A DNA stretch of 63,921 nt, counting the filler. It is 5 parts of 5 records of this genome, joined end to end, with 100 filler letters (N's around TTAATTAATTAA, not from the genome) between each part and the next. Parts side by side here need not be neighbours in the genome. Positions count along the whole stretch, not along the records: positions 58,633 to 63,921 come from DRR723986_10162; 4 more parts are not named here. One strand, written 5' to 3'. A program made the translations under genes and the position numbers. The notes under the pieces are model-generated. The model was given only the letters and a program-made list of their open reading frames with translations, was not told where the DNA came from and made no database searches. Of the stretch, positions 58,633-63,921 are shown one piece after another (the stretch's first letter is position 1; each line of letters begins with the position of its first letter).

Positions 58633-59334
58633 AGCCAGCAAGCCGCCCCAATTGCCCGAATGGTGCGCTCCGTCTCGCAAATCAACAACCAGATCAAAGT
58701 TCAACGCCCCGCGCGAGCCCATGAACATCGTCGGCGTATCGGGGTGCAATCGTGGACCGTCGGAGGCGATCAAAACATCGGCCTGCAGGGCCGCGCGATG
58801 CCTGTTCATCATCTCGGCCAACCCCGGCGATCCGATTTCCTCACTCATCTCGATCACAAACTTGACGTTGAACCCCAGATGCCCCTGCACCTGCAAGACC
58901 GCCTCAAGCGCGGCAATATTGATCAGGTGCTGCACCTTGTTGTCTGCTGTCCCCCGCCCAAAAAGCCGCTCCCCCTGTTCGGTCAGGCAATAGGGTGCAA
59001 GCCCGGTATCCCAGGCATCCGCCTGCCCCCAGATCACATCGCCATGACCATAAATCAAAACCACCGGCAGCGCCGCCTCTTCGACCCGCTCCGCCAAAAG
59101 CAATGGCCCCGCACCCGGCACCGGATTGTCATGCACAGCACAGTCAAAACCGATGGCCTGCAGCCGCGGCAGGATCGCCAGATTCAAATACTGATAAAGC
59201 ACATCGATCTGCGCCGGATTCTGGCTTTCGGTGCGGAACGCCACCCAATCAGCCAGATCTGACTGTAACCGCCCGCCGTCCACATAGGCCGCAGCTTGTG
59301 ACACAAGATCGGATCTCATCAGAACCTCCGCCAT
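58633..59334 (-). CDS. M20 family metallopeptidase/amidohydrolase (3'-truncated)
   Basis: YGHGDV, GRGTADNK, EEIGSP, ASDG, HSGNWGG. Confidence 0.9.
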
Positions 59335-59340
59335 TTCCCC

Positions 59341-59404
59341 CCCTTTTTGGCCCTTAAATACTCCGGGGGAATCGGCCCGTCAGGGACGATGGGGGCTGGC
59401 CCCC
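59341..59404. repeat. REP-like palindromic intergenic element
   Basis: TTTTGGCCCTTAAATACTCCGGGGG...GGGGG-CTGG-CCCCC; single copy in this window. Confidence 0.5.
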
Positions 59405-59417
59405 GATCCGCCGCTGA

Positions 59418-59828
59418 TTACTGCGCCTGCGCTGCTGTTTCGCGAATACGTTCGATCATCGCCCGCAACCCGTTCGACCGCTGCGCCGACAAATGATCGT
59501 TCAGGCCAAGCCGCCCCATCTCGGCGCGGGCATCAACCGCCAGCACCTCTGCCGGGGTCAATCCATTGTAAAGAATACGCAAAACCGCAATCAACCCCGA
59601 GACAATCATCGCGTCACTCGCGCCGTCAAAATGCAGGCGCCCGCCCTCAAATTGCGCATGCAACCACACCTGCGACGCGCAGCCGTCCACCTTGGTCGCC
59701 GGCACCCGCAGCGCCTCCTCCAAGGGCTGCATCGCCTTGCCCTGTTCAATCACATGGCGATACCGGTCTTCCCAATCCTCAAGAAACTCAAAATCTTCGA
59801 CAAGCTCTTCAAACGCGGCATTGGCCAT
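59418..59828 (-). CDS. sufE: SufE family sulfur acceptor
   Basis: DWEDRY, KVDGCASQVW, SDAMIVSGL, LSAQRSNGL. Confidence 0.93.
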   Translation of the reverse strand: MANAAFEELVEDFEFLEDWEDRYRHVIEQGKAMQPLEEALRVPATKVDGCASQVWLHAQFEGGRLHFDGASDAMIVSGLIAVLRILYNGLTPAEVLAVDARAEMGRLGLNDHLSAQRSNGLRAMIERIRETAAQAQ

Positions 59829-59952
59829 GACGTATTCCTCAGGTGATATTTGCGACACAGAGGTAGGAGCAGAGCCACCAAAGGTCCACCCCCTTCCCAA
59901 GCCCCGACGGATCAGGTAGTCAAAAGACAGTTCAAATTCCAAGGGCGACCTG

Positions 59953-60471
59953 ATGCGCAAGACCCTCTCTTTGCTTCTCGCAACATCTCTGACATTGGCC
60001 GCCTGCGGCACGATCCGCGACAGCCGGGTCAACCCGTTCAACTGGTTCGGAAAATCGCGTTCCGAGCCAATTGAACAGGTGGAAAACACCAATCCCCTGA
60101 TCCCCAAGACCGGCGGTTTGTTCGCCCGCGAACGCGAAGCTGACGATACTTACGCAGGCCGGCCTTTTGAACAGGTGACAGAATTGACAATCGAACGCAT
60201 TCCGGGCGGCGCGATCATCCGCGCCACTGGTTTGGCAGCGCGGCAAGGCATCTATCAGGTGCGGCTGACGCCCGAAATTGACGCCGAAGAGCCTGTCGAT
60301 GGCGTTCTGACCTATCGTTTGGAAGGGGTGCGCCCCAACAAACCGACCCCGGTTGGCGCCCGTGCCACGCGCGAAGTTGTCGCAGCCCGGCGGGTCACGG
60401 ACCAAACCCTGCGCGGCGTGCGCAGCATTCGTGTCGAAGGTGTTGAAAACGCGCGTGTAATTCGCAGGTAA
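59953..60471 (+). CDS. Conserved hypothetical lipoprotein
   Basis: Lipobox LAAC followed by SRVNPFNWFG. Confidence 0.8.
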   Translation: MRKTLSLLLATSLTLAACGTIRDSRVNPFNWFGKSRSEPIEQVENTNPLIPKTGGLFAREREADDTYAGRPFEQVTELTIERIPGGAIIRATGLAARQGIYQVRLTPEIDAEEPVDGVLTYRLEGVRPNKPTPVGARATREVVAARRVTDQTLRGVRSIRVEGVENARVIRR

Positions 60472-60479
60472 TTGCGAAA

Positions 60480-60508
60480 CGGCGTTCCGGCTTTTGGCCG
60501 AAACGCCG
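60480..60508. terminator. Hairpin between convergent genes
   Basis: CGGCGTT-c-CGGC / GCCG-a-AACGCCG inverted repeat. Confidence 0.55.
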
Positions 60509-60514
60509 CTTTGA

Positions 60515-60868
60515 TCAGCCCGCAGCGGCGGCTGTCACAATGATCTCAACCGTGAAATCAGGAAGGGCCAGCTTGGCCTCACCGCACGCACGCGCCGGCG
60601 CTTGCCCTTCGGGAACCCATGCATCCCAAACGCCGTTCATCTCGGCAAAATCAGCCATATCCGCCAGCCAGATCACCGCCTGCAAAATGCGCGTCTTGTC
60701 CGACCCGACTTCCGCCAAAAGGCGATCAATCGCATCCAGGCAATCCTGTGTCTGCTGCGCGACGCTGGCCCCGGCTGTTCCGACCTGACCGGCCAGATAG
60801 ATCGTGCCATTGTGCTCTACGATCTGGCTCATCCGGGTATTGGTGTGATGCCGTTTGATCTCTGACAT
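60515..60868 (-). CDS. RidA family protein (YoaB-like)
   Basis: RMSQIV, YLAGQV, MNGVWDAWV, PARACGEA. Confidence 0.92.
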   Translation of the reverse strand: MSEIKRHHTNTRMSQIVEHNGTIYLAGQVGTAGASVAQQTQDCLDAIDRLLAEVGSDKTRILQAVIWLADMADFAEMNGVWDAWVPEGQAPARACGEAKLALPDFTVEIIVTAAAAG

Positions 60869-60905
60869 TGCTGTCTCCTCTTTTGATTTTATTGATTGTT
60901 GGTCC

Positions 60906-62063
60906 TCAGACCTCGACGACTTTTACATCGTTGCCCACTGCCGTCAGCGCAATTTCACCATTGCACAGGCGCAGCGCATCATTGCCAAAAACCTCGCGCC
61001 GCCAGCCGTTTAGCGCTGGCAGATCACGCAGACCCGCCGCGATCCCATCCAGATCCGCCGCAGGTGCGATCAGCTTGGCCGCAACGCCTGCCTGTTCGGT
61101 TTTGGCCTTCAGCAAGACGCGCAGCAAATCGGCCAATGCCGGGTTGACCTGCAATTTGTCACGGCTGCGATCCGGCTTGGGCAGGTCTGCAGGCGGGCAA
61201 GCCACCCCGGCCGCGATCCCTTTGAGAATGCCTTCCGCGATCTCACCTTTTCTGGCCTCGCGCAACAAAAGACGCGAGCGGCTCAATTCTTCGGTGTTTT
61301 TTGGTTTCAGACTCGCCAGTTCGACCAGCGCATCGTCCTTGAACACCCGGTTGCGCGGTACATTCCGCGTTTGTGCATATTCTTCACGAAATGCCGCCAG
61401 TTCCCGCACGATGCCCAGAAATTTGCCGGAATTTGTGCGTGTCTTGACCCGTTTCCAGGCCTCGCGCGGCTGCGTCACATAGGTGTCGGGGTTTGTCAGG
61501 ATCGCCAGCTCTTCTTGCACCCAACGCCCGCGACCGCTGTCTTCAAGTTTTTCGGCCAGAAATTCGTAGATTTGCCGCAAATGCGTTACATCCGCGAGAG
61601 CATAGGTTTTCTGCGCATCCGTCAGAGGCCGCCGCGACCAATCGGTAAACCGCGAGGTCTTGTCTACCCCGCCATTGGTGATCTTGCGCACCAGCGTTTC
61701 ATAGCCGACCTGTTCACCAAACCCGCACACCATCGCAGCCACCTGTGTGTCAAAAAGTGGCTCAGGGAAGACGCCCGCATCAACGAAAAAGATCTCAAGA
61801 TCCTGCCGCGCCGCGTGAAACACTTTTACCACCGAGGTGTCGCGAAACAGCTCATACAGCGGCTCAAGCGAGATGTCCTTGGCCAGCGGATCCACCAAAA
61901 CCGCGTTGCTGTCATCGGTGCCCGGCATCGCCAACTGCACCAAACAAAGCTTGGAATAATACGTCCGTTCCCTCAAAAACTCTGTATCAACAGTGACATA
62001 GTCAAATTTGGCAGCTTCGCTGCAAAAGGCAGCCAGATCGGCGGTCGTGGTGATGGTTTTCAT
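60906..62063 (-). CDS. rnd: Ribonuclease D
   Basis: VDTEFLRERTYY, KVFHAARQDLE, TDWSRRPL, YALADV, HRDC domain. Confidence 0.95.
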   Translation of the reverse strand: MKTITTTADLAAFCSEAAKFDYVTVDTEFLRERTYYSKLCLVQLAMPGTDDSNAVLVDPLAKDISLEPLYELFRDTSVVKVFHAARQDLEIFFVDAGVFPEPLFDTQVAAMVCGFGEQVGYETLVRKITNGGVDKTSRFTDWSRRPLTDAQKTYALADVTHLRQIYEFLAEKLEDSGRGRWVQEELAILTNPDTYVTQPREAWKRVKTRTNSGKFLGIVRELAAFREEYAQTRNVPRNRVFKDDALVELASLKPKNTEELSRSRLLLREARKGEIAEGILKGIAAGVACPPADLPKPDRSRDKLQVNPALADLLRVLLKAKTEQAGVAAKLIAPAADLDGIAAGLRDLPALNGWRREVFGNDALRLCNGEIALTAVGNDVKVVEV

Positions 62064-62138
62064 GTATTCACTTCGAAAAAACGGGTTTGCAGGGCGCAGG
62101 TCCGTCATCGGTACATCAACTGCCGCCGCTTGGCCAGA

Positions 62139-62735
62139 TCACCCCTGCAAGAACACCGGGGCGCGGTTATCCGCTGCAAACCGGCGCAAGACCGCGGGGT
62201 AAAGTTGATGCTCCAGCGTCAAAACCCGCGCGGCCAATGAATCTGGCGTGTCGTCTTGGCTGATGGTGAGGCTGGCCTGCCCCAGAATTGGCCCGTCATC
62301 GAGCGCGGCCGTCACCTCATGCACGGTGCAACCATGCTGCGTATCCCCTGCCTCCAGCGCGCGGGCATGGGTGTGCAACCCTTTGTATTTGGGCAGCAAA
62401 GACGGGTGAATGTTGATCATTCGTCCGGCCCAATCATCGGTAAATCCACCCGTAAGCTTGCGCATAAACCCGGCAAGGCAGATCATATCCGGGCTGTGCC
62501 GGGCAAGTGCAGAATTCAGCGCTGCCTCAAAGGCCGGGCGATCGCCGGAAAAGGGGCGATGATCTACAACTTCGGTCGCAATCCCGCGTGCCTTTGCCCA
62601 TGCAATTCCGCCAGCTTCGGCATTGTTGGACAGGACCACACAGGCCCGTGCCGGGTGATCGCCGGTCATGTCCTCCACCAGCGCCCGCATGTTTGAACCG
62701 CCGCCAGAGACAAAGATCGCAACCCGTTTGGTCAA
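62139..62735 (-). CDS. purN: Phosphoribosylglycinamide formyltransferase
   Basis: [31 protein letters not shown]. Confidence 0.96.
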   Translation of the reverse strand: MTKRVAIFVSGGGSNMRALVEDMTGDHPARACVVLSNNAEAGGIAWAKARGIATEVVDHRPFSGDRPAFEAALNSALARHSPDMICLAGFMRKLTGGFTDDWAGRMINIHPSLLPKYKGLHTHARALEAGDTQHGCTVHEVTAALDDGPILGQASLTISQDDTPDSLAARVLTLEHQLYPAVLRRFAADNRAPVFLQG

Positions 62736-63778
62736 AGCAAACTGCCCTTATAGCTGACCCCGCCACCTGCTGTGATCTGGCCGATCCGAATGGCGGCATG
62801 GCCATCGCTGGCAAAGGCCTGCGTTGCGGCCTCAACCTTGTCTGCGGGCAAAACTGCGATCATGCCAAGACCAGAGTTGAAAGTCTTGAGCAATTCCGCC
62901 TCGGCCATGCCGCCCTGCGCAGCCAGCCATTTGAAAACAGGCGGTAAATCCCAGGCAGACAGGTCAATCTCTGCGCCAAGCCCATCGGGCAGAACCCGCG
63001 GCAGGTTTTCCGTCAAGCCGCCGCCGGTGATATGGGCCAGCGCGTTCACGCAATCATCGCGCAGTGCGGCCACCGCCCCTTTGACATAAAGCTTGGTCGG
63101 CGTCAGCAGAGCCGCGCCAAGGGTGCCCTCTCCCCAAGGACAATCATCCCCCCAAGCCAGACCACTGACCTCAACGATCTTGCGCACAAGGCTATAGCCG
63201 TTGGAATGCACGCCATCGCTGGGAAGCCCAAGCAGCACATCGCCCTCAGCCACATCGCGTGGCAGTTCCGCCCCGCGTTCCATTGCGCCAACGGAAAATC
63301 CTGCCAGATCAAAATCGCCCGCGTCATACATGCCCGGCATTTCCGCGGTTTCGCCGCCAATCAAGGCACAACCCGACAGGGCGCAGCCCTCGGCGATGCC
63401 TTCGATGATCCGTGTCGCCTGATCCAGTTCGAGCTTGCCCGTTGCAAAATAGTCGAGGAAGAACAACGGCTCTGCCCCCTGACACACCAGATCGTTAACG
63501 CACATTGCCACCAGATCAATGCCGATGCCATCGACGTTGCCCGTGTCGATTGCGATGCGCAACTTGGTGCCAACACCGTCGGTGGCTGCAACCAGAACCG
63601 GATCGGTGAACCCTGCCCCCTTGAGATCAAACAGCGCGCCAAAGCCACCAAGGCCGGACATCACGCCGGGCCGCGCGGTGCGTTTGGCGGCCGGTTTGAT
63701 CCGCTCCACCAATGCGTTGCCCGCATCAATATCAACGCCCGCATCGGCGTAGGTGATTCCGTTTTTGGGTGCTGACAT
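62732..63778 (-). CDS. purM: AIR synthase
   Basis: [38 protein letters not shown]. Confidence 0.97.
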   Translation of the reverse strand: MSAPKNGITYADAGVDIDAGNALVERIKPAAKRTARPGVMSGLGGFGALFDLKGAGFTDPVLVAATDGVGTKLRIAIDTGNVDGIGIDLVAMCVNDLVCQGAEPLFFLDYFATGKLELDQATRIIEGIAEGCALSGCALIGGETAEMPGMYDAGDFDLAGFSVGAMERGAELPRDVAEGDVLLGLPSDGVHSNGYSLVRKIVEVSGLAWGDDCPWGEGTLGAALLTPTKLYVKGAVAALRDDCVNALAHITGGGLTENLPRVLPDGLGAEIDLSAWDLPPVFKWLAAQGGMAEAELLKTFNSGLGMIAVLPADKVEAATQAFASDGHAAIRIGQITAGGGVSYKGSLL

Positions 63779-63854
63779 GCTCTGGTCCCCTGGCAGTGAG
63801 ATGTTGCGTTGATGCGGGGTTAGTGCATCCCAACACATGGTGCAACGGTAAGCC

Positions 63855-63883
63855 TTGACGAAAGCGCCGCACCCGCATACCCA
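63855..63883 (+). promoter_or_regulatory. Putative sigma-70 promoter of the tRNA gene
   Basis: TTGACG at 63855-60 and GCATAC-type -10 region directly upstream of the tRNA. Confidence 0.45.
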
Positions 63884-63894
63884 AACGCCGTGGC

Positions 63895-63921
63895 GGGCCT
63901 GTAGCTCAATTGGTTAGAGCA
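63895..63921 (+). tRNA. tRNA 5' portion, truncated by window end (possibly Ile2/CAU; anticodon not visible)
   Basis: GGGCCTG-TA-GCTC-AATTGGTTA-GAGC-A: acceptor 5' strand and D-arm. Confidence 0.85.

Overview
The window is not one continuous locus. It is five contig fragments joined by four identical artificial 100-nt spacers (44 N + TTAATTAATTAA + 44 N) at 27064-27163, 42992-43091, 50256-50355 and 58533-58632. Fragment 1 (1-27063) looks gammaproteobacterial. It carries HIT, tmcA, DUF2288, a pseudouridine synthase, a FimV-like gene, an MFS and an AbgT transporter, a complete phoB-phoR-pstS-pstC-pstA-pstB-phoU locus with three Pho-box promoters, purU, SPFH/NfeD, ygiQ, csp, a PagL-like gene, rlmKL, rmf and rluB. 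Fragments 2-5 look like Rhodobacteraceae (Roseobacter-group) DNA. They carry aroC, matB, cobO, phoD, ohrR/ohr, ilvE, purK/purE, hsp20, trxB, narH/J/I, galE, sufE, rnd, purN/purM and the 5' end of a tRNA. The best candidate for an undescribed system is a PruR-like periplasmic pterin-binding protein paired with a hybrid histidine kinase whose periplasmic domain has a DcpA-like W-x7-E motif. The pair is split by an inverted galE and lies beside a nitrate reductase cluster. Other notable items are a DARS-like DnaA-box cluster, a perfect CRP/Vfr site on the FimV-like gene, an Iron-Rhodo-box/IscR palindrome between two orphan small genes, two cofactor-bearing adenylate cyclases (heme c/DUF3365; CyaC-like heme b plus 2Fe-2S) and a ROSE-like thermometer. 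No CRISPR array, rRNA, phage gene or intact transposase was seen. All family calls are by motif recognition, not database search.
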